A DNA stretch of 64,000 nt, from positions 1 to 64,000 of the forward strand of contig CDROCS010004273.1 in the NCBI GenBank assembly GCA_977020255.1, read 5' to 3'. Positions within the stretch are counted from its first letter, which is position 1; each line of letters starts with the position of its first letter. Source of the stretch: Obrimoposthia wandeli. Taxonomy: Eukaryota. The notes beneath the pieces are model-generated. The model saw only the letters and a list, made by a program, of their open reading frames with translations. It had not been told where the DNA came from and did no database searches. Shown here one piece after another: positions 23,604 through 33,610 of this stretch. The position numbers and the translations under genes are program-made.

Positions 23604-24470
23604 TTACTCTGGAACAATAACTTGGCACAGACTAAAAGCTTTGCCATCACCACGGTCAAGCTGCTTAACGAGACTAGGCAATACCTTGTCCAGTTTCGCT
23701 TTTAACGTCCACGGCGGGTTGATTACAAACATTCCCGCAGAAGTCATACCCAGCTCATGACTGTCGTCAGCTAAACCTAGTTCGTATTGATGAACATTTT
23801 TAACACCAGCCTGCTTCAACTTACGCCACATAGTATCAATGCGCTTACGCTCTACGACTGGATACCAAATAGCATACGTTCCAGAACTAAACTTTTTATG
23901 TGCCTTAATAACCGCATCAATCACATCTCGATAATCGGTTTTCATTTCATAAGACGGGTCTATCAAGACCAGAGCACGACGACTAACAGGAGGAACGAGT
24001 CCTAATAAGCCCTTTAAACCATCTTCTTGCTTAATGCGTATCTTACGGCCAGCCGCCATCGATTCAGATAAAATACGAAAGTCGCTAGAATGAAGCTCAA
24101 ATAACCACGCTTTATCCTTTTGGCGATCTGGCTGAGTCACATAATGATGTGCAATTGCAGGAGAACCCGGGTAGAAATTCATCCCGCCATTATTACTGCC
24201 CTGCTGTTGATTAATCGCATCGACCACATCAAAGTAGGCACCTATCTGAGGCGAATCAATACGCTTAAGCTTTGCAATACCTTCTTTGTATTCTGCCGTT
24301 TTATTCGCATTGGCTGAACGCAAGTCATACAAACCCGCCCCAGCATGGGTATCAATATAATCAAACGGTGCATCTTTCTTATTGAAATGCTCTAGGCATT
24401 CAACTAATACGATGTGCTTTAAGACATCAGCGAAATTACCCGCATGATAAGAGTGGCGATAGCTCAGCAA
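23604..24470 (-). CDS. rlmJ: 23S rRNA (adenine2030-N6) methyltransferase RlmJ
   Basis: LSYRHSYHAGNFADVLKH, YIDTHAGAG, YPGSP, LIDPSYE, AIWYP, INPPW. TTG start at 24470 inferred. Confidence 0.96.
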   Translation of the reverse strand: MLSYRHSYHAGNFADVLKHIVLVECLEHFNKKDAPFDYIDTHAGAGLYDLRSANANKTAEYKEGIAKLKRIDSPQIGAYFDVVDAINQQQGSNNGGMNFYPGSPAIAHHYVTQPDRQKDKAWLFELHSSDFRILSESMAAGRKIRIKQEDGLKGLLGLVPPVSRRALVLIDPSYEMKTDYRDVIDAVIKAHKKFSSGTYAIWYPVVERKRIDTMWRKLKQAGVKNVHQYELGLADDSHELGMTSAGMFVINPPWTLKAKLDKVLPSLVKQLDRGDGKAFSLCQVIVPE

Positions 24471-24530
24471 AATAGACTCGATCTTTAACAAAGAAAAGGG
24501 GTTGGAGGATATAGTTAGATTTTCAACGAT

Positions 24531-24935
24531 TTAAGGCGTTGAAACAAGCTGCTTTTGATACTGAATAAGAATATCTGTGAAATCTGCGAGCATTGCGGCT
24601 CGATTTTCAAGACTATCGTGATACATCTCGCTCGTAAGGTAATAAGACTTAGGGGTGGTCATATATCTTTTTAAGGTTGGCATGACCTTGCGCAGATGTT
24701 TGCCTTGTAGAGGCAACGTATTTTGAACAGCTCCGGAAGCTGATTTATCCTGCAGTTTCTGCAATGCGATTTTATGGCGCAAAAGCAGCAGAAGATTATC
24801 ACTATGACCCGAATGAGTCTGATGATCATCTTCTCCTGCCTGCTCGCCTATCGCCTCTGCATTAGATGCAAACACAACAGGACAAGCCACAAATAAAAAT
24901 ATAATAGCTAGTCGTTTAATAAACAGTTGCCCCAC
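24531..24935 (-). CDS. Hypothetical secreted protein
   Basis: Signal-peptide-like N-terminus; follows the upstream lipoprotein with overlap. Confidence 0.6.
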   Translation of the reverse strand: MGQLFIKRLAIIFLFVACPVVFASNAEAIGEQAGEDDHQTHSGHSDNLLLLLRHKIALQKLQDKSASGAVQNTLPLQGKHLRKVMPTLKRYMTTPKSYYLTSEMYHDSLENRAAMLADFTDILIQYQKQLVSTP

Positions 24936-25681
24936 TCACAACGCACAAGAATGTAGCTATTATCTGGACATTGCACATCGTAAACTTCGTGGGGCCAATC
25001 AGTCTTAATCACTTTAACATTCGCACCAGGGCAACCCGAACGCTTAGCTAACTTTTCTACAACGTATAACGAACGCCCAAACTTCCGCTGCTTTTTTTCT
25101 TGTAAAGCTGCTGATTTCTCTAATAAATCTTTACCATCCCTCTGGGCGCGTCGTTGAAGGTCAACCAAAGTAGGATAAAACTGATTATTATCCCGTAAGT
25201 CATAATCGCCATCGTTAAACTTGGATAGCATATTCAGACACAATTTTACTTGGTCACCGCTTTCCGCCAAAATACCTTTCATTTCGGCCTCAGCATCTTC
25301 TACAACTTGAGTTGTTATACCTAAAGCGATATTAGCGCCCGTTACATCACGGTCTCCAGATACCAGCATAATTTCACGGGTTAACCCATAATCAGCACCT
25401 TCAACAAAGGCACCATTACGACGCCACCAATTCGTCTTAGCCTGCCATGCCACCTGCTTCGCTTTGCTGCTCATATCCTGGCAATGCTCCACCCACAAAC
25501 GTAACTGAACATCCGTTTGCAGCGCATAATATACAGCCTGCCCTGTTGACGACTGTGGAGCCGCCGAGCAACCAACCAATAGAGATAGCATCAACGCAGA
25601 CATTAAGATTCGCAGATGATTAATAAATCGATTGGATTTATAAAGATACGACATGAATATTCCTTTTGAGATTTCTAGCAC
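24908..25681 (-). CDS. Hypothetical lipoprotein
   Basis: Lipobox LLVGC; Cys-paired C-terminal domain (GC..QC..RCEWGNC). Real start is probably downstream of the track start. Confidence 0.7.
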   Translation of the reverse strand: MLEISKGIFMSYLYKSNRFINHLRILMSALMLSLLVGCSAAPQSSTGQAVYYALQTDVQLRLWVEHCQDMSSKAKQVAWQAKTNWWRRNGAFVEGADYGLTREIMLVSGDRDVTGANIALGITTQVVEDAEAEMKGILAESGDQVKLCLNMLSKFNDGDYDLRDNNQFYPTLVDLQRRAQRDGKDLLEKSAALQEKKQRKFGRSLYVVEKLAKRSGCPGANVKVIKTDWPHEVYDVQCPDNSYILVRCEWGNCLLND

Positions 25682-25715
25682 GAGAATTTAATAAGATATG
25701 AACTAATAGTAGAGC

Positions 25716-26024
25716 TTATGCAGACAAGGGGCCAGCATTCGCAGCGACTTTTTCTAACCAAACCGTTACATCGGCGACAGAAAAAGGCCATTCCAAAGTT
25801 AAGCTAGTGGATTCATCCAATAACACAGGAATTTTTTCACCATATAAATCAAGCCATAATGGATGATCAATAATATCCTGCAGGTAAATTTCAAAGTTAG
25901 CTTGCTCAGACAAAGCAAGCATATCTGGCTGACTGAATACTTGTTGTAAAACATCTTGCGCAAGCTCGCATAAATGGCAAGCCTCCGTCGATAATAATAA
26001 AATAGCCAAAGCAATGATTCCCAA
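25716..26024 (-). CDS. Glutaredoxin-like protein (DUF836 family)
   Basis: STEACHLCELA, YGEKIPVL, LEWPF. Start uncertain. Confidence 0.8.
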   Translation of the reverse strand: MGIIALAILLLSTEACHLCELAQDVLQQVFSQPDMLALSEQANFEIYLQDIIDHPLWLDLYGEKIPVLLDESTSLTLEWPFSVADVTVWLEKVAANAGPLSA

Positions 26025-26057
26025 GGCTTATTGATAGTAAGCGCTAGTATAAAGCAA

Positions 26058-27203
26058 TTATTCCAATAAGTTGGACATCATATCTGCACGAGCATTAACG
26101 GCATTATTAAGCCCTTGGTTGTAAGCTTGAAAGATATCTTTTATATGGTCATCTGGAAACATCTGATCAACCAAAGAATTCAACAGTGTTTGTGGGTCGG
26201 CAAACGACTTCGCCTGCTCTAACGCTGACAAATAATCATCATTGTAGCCTAATAAAGATGAAGACAAATTCTCCAATTCAGCCGTCGGTAATTTGGGTTG
26301 AACTGAATTATAAGCCCGACTCACTGAACTAAATGACTCCTGACGTAAGTTCAAACTCATAGATGCTAATTCATCGCCATCAAAACCAAGCTGCATCGCT
26401 TGCTCCAATGCACCACCAAGATCACCCGAGAAGAACGTTTTGGAAAGTTTCTCTACATTTTGTAGAAGGTTAGTCAGAGCGGCCTGCTCTCCTTCATCCA
26501 AACTCCCCATAACATCCATCTGCCATTCTGTCCCCTGCTCAAATCCTGCGGCAGCGATATATTGGTGACCTTCCTGCCCTGCGTTCGAAAAGGATTTAGA
26601 TGATTGCATGAAACTTAGAGATATTTTATCGCCATCTTTTGTCATTAATTCTAAAGACATAGAATTCTGCTGGCTAGCTTGACTACTGAAGTGACTGCCT
26701 TCAAATCTAGGCATTTTTGTATTTAGGCTGACATCGTTAGACTTGTTTCCATACTCGCCGTTTTCCATATCGTTGAGTCCAGCATTAATCAAATCACGAC
26801 CTTCTGTGATCTCAGCTTTTAGCTCATCAGTTAACAAGCCCATGTCTTTCAATTGCTGCTCAGCTTGATCGTATCCCTTGGCAATACCTCCCTTTGCAGC
26901 TTCTAAGCGTTGTTGAATACGAGCATCATCAGCACCTTGCGACCTCAATTGATCCAATCCGCGTTGAACATGATCCAGCATAGTGCTCGCGACGTCCTGA
27001 GCATTTTTCTTATTTCCCAAGTGCAAGCCAGATGAAGAGGTACCCGTCGCCTGACTAACCCCTCGCTTGACATTATCGCCAACGACTTCAGAAGCTTTTG
27101 CCTCATGGCGCTGCCCTTGATTATCTTGAGCAGCATGAGAATTGCCTTTATACGAACTAGGCTGGACATTAATTAGATTGGGATTAAAGTGCATAACAGT
27201 CAC
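26058..27203 (-). CDS. DUF5610 domain protein
   Basis: DVASTMLDHVQRGL, AKGGIAKGYDQA, TKDGDKISL, GSLDEGEQAAL, DELASMSLNL. Preceded by a sigma28-like promoter. Confidence 0.75.
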   Translation of the reverse strand: MTVMHFNPNLINVQPSSYKGNSHAAQDNQGQRHEAKASEVVGDNVKRGVSQATGTSSSGLHLGNKKNAQDVASTMLDHVQRGLDQLRSQGADDARIQQRLEAAKGGIAKGYDQAEQQLKDMGLLTDELKAEITEGRDLINAGLNDMENGEYGNKSNDVSLNTKMPRFEGSHFSSQASQQNSMSLELMTKDGDKISLSFMQSSKSFSNAGQEGHQYIAAAGFEQGTEWQMDVMGSLDEGEQAALTNLLQNVEKLSKTFFSGDLGGALEQAMQLGFDGDELASMSLNLRQESFSSVSRAYNSVQPKLPTAELENLSSSLLGYNDDYLSALEQAKSFADPQTLLNSLVDQMFPDDHIKDIFQAYNQGLNNAVNARADMMSNLLE

Positions 27204-27226
27204 CAGATTAAATTGCGCTATAGGTT

Positions 27227-27253
27227 ATAGCGGCCATTCAAGCCAGTGCTTTA
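27227..27253 (-). promoter_or_regulatory. Sigma28 (FliA)-type promoter
   Basis: TAAA-N15-GCCGCTAT on the minus strand versus consensus TAAA-N15-GCCGATAA; 24 nt upstream of the DUF5610 start. Confidence 0.65.
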
Positions 27254-27282
27254 GCTATTTTTAGTATTATTTTTTATTCACA

Positions 27283-28410
27283 CTACTCTACAGGGTTTGG
27301 GCACTCAAACCGCGTAGGGTCTAGCTTACAGCGTACTTTACGCTGTATACGAAGCATCAGCCCGTCGTAATAGTCAGCTTCTCTGAGCTCAATACGCGCC
27401 TGCTGCATCATCACTTCATAGTCCTGCTTTTCTTTATCAGGAATTTTAATCCACCAATGAGAAGGGATTTCACCTGTTTGCACGTTTAATTGCTTGATCA
27501 CACGATCGAATCCTTTAAAAAATCCTTCCCGAATAATTTGAGCAACCTCCGTAGGGAATTTGTCTTTTAATCCAATCATCTGCATAGTCGCTTGAGAAAA
27601 TGGATAATCAATAATGCCACCATCCGGCTCCATTCCACGATAGAGTTCCATGAAACCATAAGCGACTAACGGCGCTGGAAGTACATCAACCGCGCCATTA
27701 TTAAATTTATTAGGAGCCCCAACTAGGCTAGACGGAACCGGAGTAGCCCCCAGTTTCAACACCATTTTTACCTGGGTAATATCATAATCAAGTACCGCAA
27801 TACGCTTGCCAGCAGCCTTAGTTAATGAGTTTATTTTTCTATCATTAACAAATATATAAGCAGCGCCTGCAGGAGCAACACCCAATACCGTATAATGCTC
27901 ATTTTCAAATTTCGCGGCCATCTTTGAGCTAGTCAGCGACTTCAATAACAACTTCATATGTTTAAGTGAAGGTAACGCCCCAACCGAATCAATCGTGCCG
28001 CTGAATTTATTGAATGTTCTAGCTTTCATGCCGGTCATAAGTGCTGCATCACATAGACCCGCTTTTAGATCTTCGGCTAAGATTGATTCGCTTGTATAAG
28101 CTTCCATCTCAACCTCAATCCCCATACTCAACAGGTCTGTTTTTTGATCCTGTGCCGCTGAAAATATAGGACCAGAACGTCCTGCAAGATCCCAAATACA
28201 AATACGTCGCTTAGCCTGGCCGTTCGCCCATTGCTCAGGATATAGCTGTTGAATAGCCAAAATTCGCTGCTCTAATGTTAACGTTTGATTCAGTGCCTGT
28301 TTTTTCAGGGCTTGCTTATTTAGAGGTTCATTGTCTTGCGAAAAAGCATGTACAGATGTCACTAGACTAAATATTAAGCCTAGAAAAACAGTAATAAATT
28401 GAGCTCTCAT
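27283..28410 (-). CDS. Putative solute-binding protein (DUF6091/AdeT-like, DctP-related fold)
   Basis: Signal peptide; ICIWDLAGRSGP, AEDLKAGLCDA, GKRIAVLDYD, KFNNGAVD, CKLDPTRFEC. Confidence 0.8.
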   Translation of the reverse strand: MRAQFITVFLGLIFSLVTSVHAFSQDNEPLNKQALKKQALNQTLTLEQRILAIQQLYPEQWANGQAKRRICIWDLAGRSGPIFSAAQDQKTDLLSMGIEVEMEAYTSESILAEDLKAGLCDAALMTGMKARTFNKFSGTIDSVGALPSLKHMKLLLKSLTSSKMAAKFENEHYTVLGVAPAGAAYIFVNDRKINSLTKAAGKRIAVLDYDITQVKMVLKLGATPVPSSLVGAPNKFNNGAVDVLPAPLVAYGFMELYRGMEPDGGIIDYPFSQATMQMIGLKDKFPTEVAQIIREGFFKGFDRVIKQLNVQTGEIPSHWWIKIPDKEKQDYEVMMQQARIELREADYYDGLMLRIQRKVRCKLDPTRFECPNPVE

Positions 28411-28467
28411 CTATATTCCATTTTTTATTATTATAAGGACGAATTTCAATAACTGATCTATTCCATT

Positions 28468-28496
28468 AAAAAAAAAGCCGCAATAGCGGCTTCTTT
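28468..28496 (-). terminator. Rho-independent terminator after the chalcone-isomerase-like gene
   Basis: AAGCCGC/AATA/GCGGCTT stem with an A-run giving a minus-strand U tract. Confidence 0.8.
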
Positions 28497-28513
28497 ATAA
28501 CATTAATAAGCGA

Positions 28514-29077
28514 TTATGCTTCGCCTAACATGCCTTCCTTTAGATCGTCCTGAATAGGGTCTTCAGATAACCAAATGCCAAACAAGGCCTTTTTAAACTC
28601 TAAGCCAGGAACGACAACCTTAGTTTCGCCGTTACGCACTACGCTAACACCTGCACCAGGAACGTACTGGAGATCAAATACATCATTATCTTCAACAGCT
28701 TCTCTAAGTGCACCGATTAGTAATTCAACTTCTTTTTGAATAGGTCCTAAGTGACCACCTGTTGATTTAACAAAGCCATCTAATGTCGCTTCGCTCATTT
28801 TTTCGCCATCAATTAAAGATGATGTAATGTATAGACGAATAGTCATCGCTTCATCAGCGGCAATCAACGCCTCAGCATCTGAGCTTTTTTCGTTTAGATA
28901 AAGAGCACCAACGTATAAATTCAAGAAGAATTTAGAGCGAATACCGGCTCCATTTAAAGCCAGTGACTGTTCCGCGACTTGGATGCTATCAGCAATTTCA
29001 ATATCATTTATTTCTTTAGCTTGAACCATTGGCAACAATGATATACTAATAATAAAGCCCGCTAGAATGCGTAACAT
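28514..29077 (-). CDS. Chalcone isomerase-like periplasmic protein (Chalcone_3)
   Basis: Signal peptide; LNGAGIRSKFFLNLYVGALYL, FKKALFGIWL. Confidence 0.9.
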   Translation of the reverse strand: MLRILAGFIISISLLPMVQAKEINDIEIADSIQVAEQSLALNGAGIRSKFFLNLYVGALYLNEKSSDAEALIAADEAMTIRLYITSSLIDGEKMSEATLDGFVKSTGGHLGPIQKEVELLIGALREAVEDNDVFDLQYVPGAGVSVVRNGETKVVVPGLEFKKALFGIWLSEDPIQDDLKEGMLGEA

Positions 29078-29216
29078 AAGGATTCCTTTTTAATTTTTAT
29101 TGGGTGAGTCAGAATGAGTGTCTTTTATATTGATCTAGTCGATCAATTGCAAGCATTTTAGGCTATATCAGGCCAATTTCAATCATTCAATTGACCCGAC
29201 ATTACATTGCTATGAA

Positions 29217-29681
29217 TTATCGAAAATCAGACACATTCTTTGCTACAAACTTAAGTGTTAATTCGACCAAATTCTCACCAGTATCATGAAAGCGCTCATC
29301 ACAAGCCGCTATTTCATCGACCAAGTCGCTGGCTAGCTGATCAAAGGTATCGATACGTTCCTCTTCGTTACTCGGCACCTCAGCATTAGGGAAGTAACCA
29401 ACAATCTGCTGTACGACTGCAAGAGTATTTTTCGCTCGAATTCTCTTCAAGGCTTCCAGCATGTCCTTGACCAAAGCCCCAGAGTCATGATGAAAAAGCT
29501 GACCAAAGCCCCCATTCTCCATTTCGCGAGATAAGCAGTCTATGCAATAAATAGCCTTCTCTGCAGCATTTAAGTCGGAATACCCTAGCTCAGCTTTTTT
29601 ATCAAAAATCACATCTGTAATTTGTAAAAATGCGTCGGTTTCATCGGCAACTTCTAAAGCTGCCTGAATCTCCATATTCAT
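29217..29681 (-). CDS. DUF4375 / DMP19-like protein
   Basis: EMENGGFGQLF, ALKRIRA, CDERF; strongly acidic. Confidence 0.8.
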   Translation of the reverse strand: MNMEIQAALEVADETDAFLQITDVIFDKKAELGYSDLNAAEKAIYCIDCLSREMENGGFGQLFHHDSGALVKDMLEALKRIRAKNTLAVVQQIVGYFPNAEVPSNEEERIDTFDQLASDLVDEIAACDERFHDTGENLVELTLKFVAKNVSDFR

Positions 29682-29857
29682 GTGTGCCCTTCTCGCTATT
29701 TAAATGTCGTTAGAAATACAATGATTGCTCTGAAGTAATTTAGCCTACCTAAATTTGATTGACAAACATTTGAATAAATAGAACACCCATTCTTTATAAA
29801 GACCAACAAAAGGCTTATTTTATAATAGGAACACATTATAAAATTTTCCCTCTTATA

Positions 29858-31603
29858 TTATGAAGAACAACTGTAATGCGACACACCACCCGCCTCGAAG
29901 AACTCAAACGGCTTTAGCTTATAAAACTTCTGCTCAATGTCTGCCGATTGTTCATCATAGGGCTGAGTCATAACGTCTTGTAGCTCTCTAACCATAGAAT
30001 ACTCCCACAAGGCCGCTTGCTGATACGCTGGTGCAAGAAACCATTCTCGTAAATTGTATTTTGGATTGACGAGTTTCATCTGTTTAGACAGTTCTTCGCG
30101 AGTCGAAATTGAAGGTTCCTTGGTATCGGTGCCACTCATACGATTAAGCGCTTTCCATTTCCCCAACCAATCAGACCAGCGTTGAACGATCTCTGCGGAA
30201 TCCGCCTTCTGCCGCACATTATTGTAAAAACTTTTTTCGAGTAAACTCATATCGTCAGGTATCCCTGATAACTCACGAAAGAAAATAGTGTAATCAACCT
30301 GCGTTTCCAGCATCAAGGTTTCAAGCTCACTGAACAACTCTAAGTTAAACGAATTAAGACCCAGCTTGGCAGCCCACATTGTTTCCATCTTAGCTTGCAT
30401 TACCTTGGCAAAACCACGGCGAATATCTTCAAGCTTTTTCACAGCGCCTGGATACGCTGACATCAACGGTAATAATGAGGTCCAAAACATGTGGAAATTA
30501 CGCTCCGCTGCAACAGGCTGATTCATGAAAGAGAAATGATGCCCTCCCCCTGTCCAGGGTTGAAATTGTGGATTGTATTCATCACAAAACCCGAAAGGAC
30601 CGTAGTCAAGAGTAAATCCACCCGCCGCACAATTATCACCATTGAAATTACCTTGGCAGTAGCCAACTCGAATCCAGTTCGCCACCAGCGAGGTTAGCCT
30701 TTCACGGAACTCTCGCGCGAGCAAAACGACCTTCTCGGAGATGGTTAAATTTTTGTCGATGACATCACTGTATTCACGCTCGATCAAGTGCAGCACAATC
30801 ATCTCAAGTTCCGCCATCGCTTGCGGATGTTCATTCTTACGGGCACGGCGACTGAATAACTCCAGCTGACCTACCCGAATAAACGAGGGAGCTACACGCG
30901 TAGAAATCGCAACGGCATTAGATACCATCACATCTGGGTCTTTCATATACGACCCTTGCGAGTACCAAGGTCTACTCACCTCCTCAGTTTTCGAAACATA
31001 CAAACTCAGAGATCTCGAAGTTGGCACTCCAAGCGCATGCATATGTTCTTGCGCTAGAAACTCACGAATACTCGACCGCAAGACTGCACGCCCATCAGCG
31101 CCGCGGCAATAAGGTGTACGACCGCCCCCTTTCAGCTGCATTTCCCAGCGTTGTCCATTAATGATCGCTTCAAGCACAGACATAGCACGCCCATCACCAT
31201 AACCGTTGCCAGTTTGAAACGGGCATTGCTGCACGTATTCAGTTCCAAAGATTGAAAGGGCATAACCTGTCGCCCAACCGACCTTGCGCAGCGGCTCAGG
31301 AACAGCGGTAAGATCACCAGAAAACATGCGAATGAAATCCGGCGTCTCTGCCAAACTGTCGGCAAAGCCCAACTCACTGAAAAAGTCTTTGCTGTGTGTT
31401 ATGTACTCTGGGTTTTCAATTGGCGTGGGGCTGACGGGCACATAATGACCTGAAAACACTTGTCTAGGCATATGATCATCACCATTCTCCTTAGAATCTG
31501 GATCACAGCTAAGCGTATCCATAAGGGAGTAGTCTGCTAACTTCGCGAGATCGTCAATCGTCGCTACAGTCGATATAGAATGTTTGGGATGTCGCTGTGT
31601 CAT
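29858..31603 (-). CDS. selO: Protein adenylyltransferase SelO/YdiU family
   Basis: [54 protein letters not shown]-terminal SCSS. Confidence 0.93.
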   Translation of the reverse strand: MTQRHPKHSISTVATIDDLAKLADYSLMDTLSCDPDSKENGDDHMPRQVFSGHYVPVSPTPIENPEYITHSKDFFSELGFADSLAETPDFIRMFSGDLTAVPEPLRKVGWATGYALSIFGTEYVQQCPFQTGNGYGDGRAMSVLEAIINGQRWEMQLKGGGRTPYCRGADGRAVLRSSIREFLAQEHMHALGVPTSRSLSLYVSKTEEVSRPWYSQGSYMKDPDVMVSNAVAISTRVAPSFIRVGQLELFSRRARKNEHPQAMAELEMIVLHLIEREYSDVIDKNLTISEKVVLLAREFRERLTSLVANWIRVGYCQGNFNGDNCAAGGFTLDYGPFGFCDEYNPQFQPWTGGGHHFSFMNQPVAAERNFHMFWTSLLPLMSAYPGAVKKLEDIRRGFAKVMQAKMETMWAAKLGLNSFNLELFSELETLMLETQVDYTIFFRELSGIPDDMSLLEKSFYNNVRQKADSAEIVQRWSDWLGKWKALNRMSGTDTKEPSISTREELSKQMKLVNPKYNLREWFLAPAYQQAALWEYSMVRELQDVMTQPYDEQSADIEQKFYKLKPFEFFEAGGVSHYSCSS

Positions 31604-31749
31604 AGGTCGATGTACCAGTTAGTCTGTTCAGCTCATGATTTTATGTCATCGTGCTTTAGATAGCACTTAGAACCTAATCCTGTAGTAAAGTGAAGTATGG
31701 CTTCTTACAACCAGATCACAGAATAACTCAAGCAAGGTAGCGTAATAAC

Positions 31750-32220
31750 ATGCCCGATAAGAAAAAGTTAATTATTATTGCTCATGCCCCCTCTGAAAAT
31801 ACCAGCAGAATGCTACAAGCGGTCATTAAAGGCGCTAACCATCCTGATATTGCCAATGTGGAAGTTCAATACATTGCTCCATTAGATACTCAGGCCAACG
31901 ACATTCTAACCGCACAAGCAGTTATTATTGGGACTACCGAGAATCTTGGTTACATGGCTGGTCTAATTAAAGACGTATTTGATAGGTGTTATTACAATTG
32001 TCTCGACCATACCCAAGGACTGCCTATAGGTTTTTATATTCGTGCAGGCCACGATGGTACCGGAACACGTAAAGCACTTGAAACCATCACCACAGGCTTA
32101 CGCTGGCGATTGGTACAAGAACCTTTAATCTGCAAAGGTGATTTTGATGAAGTATTTATTGAACAGTGCGAAGAATTAGGTTTGGCCATGGCAGCGAGTT
32201 TAGACGCTGGCATTATTTAA
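31750..32220 (+). CDS. Flavodoxin family protein
   Basis: HAPSENT, GTTENLGYMAGLIKDVFDR, RAGHDGTGT. Confidence 0.88.
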   Translation: MPDKKKLIIIAHAPSENTSRMLQAVIKGANHPDIANVEVQYIAPLDTQANDILTAQAVIIGTTENLGYMAGLIKDVFDRCYYNCLDHTQGLPIGFYIRAGHDGTGTRKALETITTGLRWRLVQEPLICKGDFDEVFIEQCEELGLAMAASLDAGII

Positions 32221-32569
32221 AGTCACTAATATTTTCCGAAGAAAAAAGCCGCTAGACTTTATTCGCCATGGCGAAAAGCTCGCTTAGTCGAGCGCCATCT
32301 AGTTACAAGAAGACTTCAATTAAAACAAAAAACTGCACGCTGTTTCAAACTGACAATTAATGTCACAAAATGCCAAAACCCTTTAACAATCATTACTCTA
32401 GCAACCTTTATAGTATTAATGAGGCCTATTCATGCAGCCTTACGCTCAATTAATTATTTGGTATGATTTTTGATAGGTATAAATAGATGTATATCCATTT
32501 GTATATAAATTAGCGACAAGACACCTAGTTCTCAATATTAACTAGAGTAGAAATTAAGAAGGTGCAGTA

Positions 32570-32809
32570 ATGAGTAACAAGCAGAATTCAAACGTCATTC
32601 ATGTTGACTTTAGTTCACGTAAAACACATAAAGTTTGCAATGGTACTCAATCATTTTCTCAATTAATTGGCAATGTTATACCTACCGCGGATGAAGGCTC
32701 TGATGAATGGCCTGAAGACCTCACGCCACGAGAGCGTTGTGACCAGTTGAAACTTGACCTAGAGTTTTTACGCCAGATGAATGATATTCCACCTGTGAAA
32801 AAGTATTAA
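32570..32809 (+). CDS. Small hypothetical protein
   Basis: AGAAGG SD, own terminator and NVIHVDF motif; no family recognised. Confidence 0.6.
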   Translation: MSNKQNSNVIHVDFSSRKTHKVCNGTQSFSQLIGNVIPTADEGSDEWPEDLTPRERCDQLKLDLEFLRQMNDIPPVKKY

Positions 32810-32818
32810 ATAAAAGTC

Positions 32819-32850
32819 AAAAGAAAGCCCGCTATTGCGGGCTTTCTTTT
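32819..32850. terminator. Bidirectional Rho-independent terminator
   Basis: AAAAGAAAGCCCGC-TATT-GCGGGCTTTCTTTT perfect IR between convergent genes. Confidence 0.9.
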
Positions 32851-32855
32851 GTCAC

Positions 32856-33608
32856 TTATGCAGTTCCTTCAGCCCCAGACTCAGCAGAGACCTTTCCCGC
32901 CCTTTCGGCATACTCTTCTTTATTCTCAGAGAAGCGATGGGTTAAAAATTCAGAGTGATCTCGAGTTAAAAGCGTAAAACGAAATAGCTCTTCCATCACA
33001 TCAACCACACGATCACGATAGGAAGAATCCTTCATCGAGCCATCGTCGTTAAACTCTTTCCAAGCCATCGCCACAGACGATTGGTTAGGAATAGTCAGCA
33101 TACGCATCCAACGTCCTAATACACGCAAGCTGTTCACGGCATTAAACGATTGCGAACCACCACTCACCTGCATCACTGCCAGTGTGCGCGCCTGAGTCGG
33201 ACGAACACTGCCTAAACTCAACGGTATCCAGTCAATCTGGTTTTTAATCACAGAAGTAATCGTGCCATGCAGCTCAGGGCTCGACCATACCATCCCTTCT
33301 GACCATATCGCTAATTCATGCAGCTCTTTCACCTTCGGATGATCATAGCTTTCACGATCAAACATGGGTAAATCCGTGGGGTCATAAATTTTAACCTCTG
33401 CACCAAAGCTCTCAAGAATCGCAGCAGCTTCAAACGTAAGCTTTCGGCTATACGATTCTGCACGTAGTGAACCATAAAGCATGAGTATACGCGGCGCATG
33501 AGTTGACCTTGGCTTATCGAAACTGGCTAAGGTCTGTTCTATTGTGTGCTTCGGTGCATAATCAGGCGTATTACCTGATTCTTGCTCCGATACGTGAGAA
33601 TCCGTCAT
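32856..33608 (-). CDS. arsH: NADPH-dependent FMN reductase ArsH
   Basis: [60 protein letters not shown]. Confidence 0.95.
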   Translation of the reverse strand: MTDSHVSEQESGNTPDYAPKHTIEQTLASFDKPRSTHAPRILMLYGSLRAESYSRKLTFEAAAILESFGAEVKIYDPTDLPMFDRESYDHPKVKELHELAIWSEGMVWSSPELHGTITSVIKNQIDWIPLSLGSVRPTQARTLAVMQVSGGSQSFNAVNSLRVLGRWMRMLTIPNQSSVAMAWKEFNDDGSMKDSSYRDRVVDVMEELFRFTLLTRDHSEFLTHRFSENKEEYAERAGKVSAESGAEGTA

Positions 33609-33610
33609 GC

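Noticed and set aside
28290-28330. Short peptide repeat NKQAL-KKQAL-NQ in the DUF6091 N-terminus
   Set aside because: Only two degenerate units in a linker; no array or phase-variation tract.
29858-29880. Possible selenocysteine recoding at the SelO C-terminus
   Set aside because: The gene ends YSCSS-TAA with an ordinary Cys codon and no in-frame UGA.
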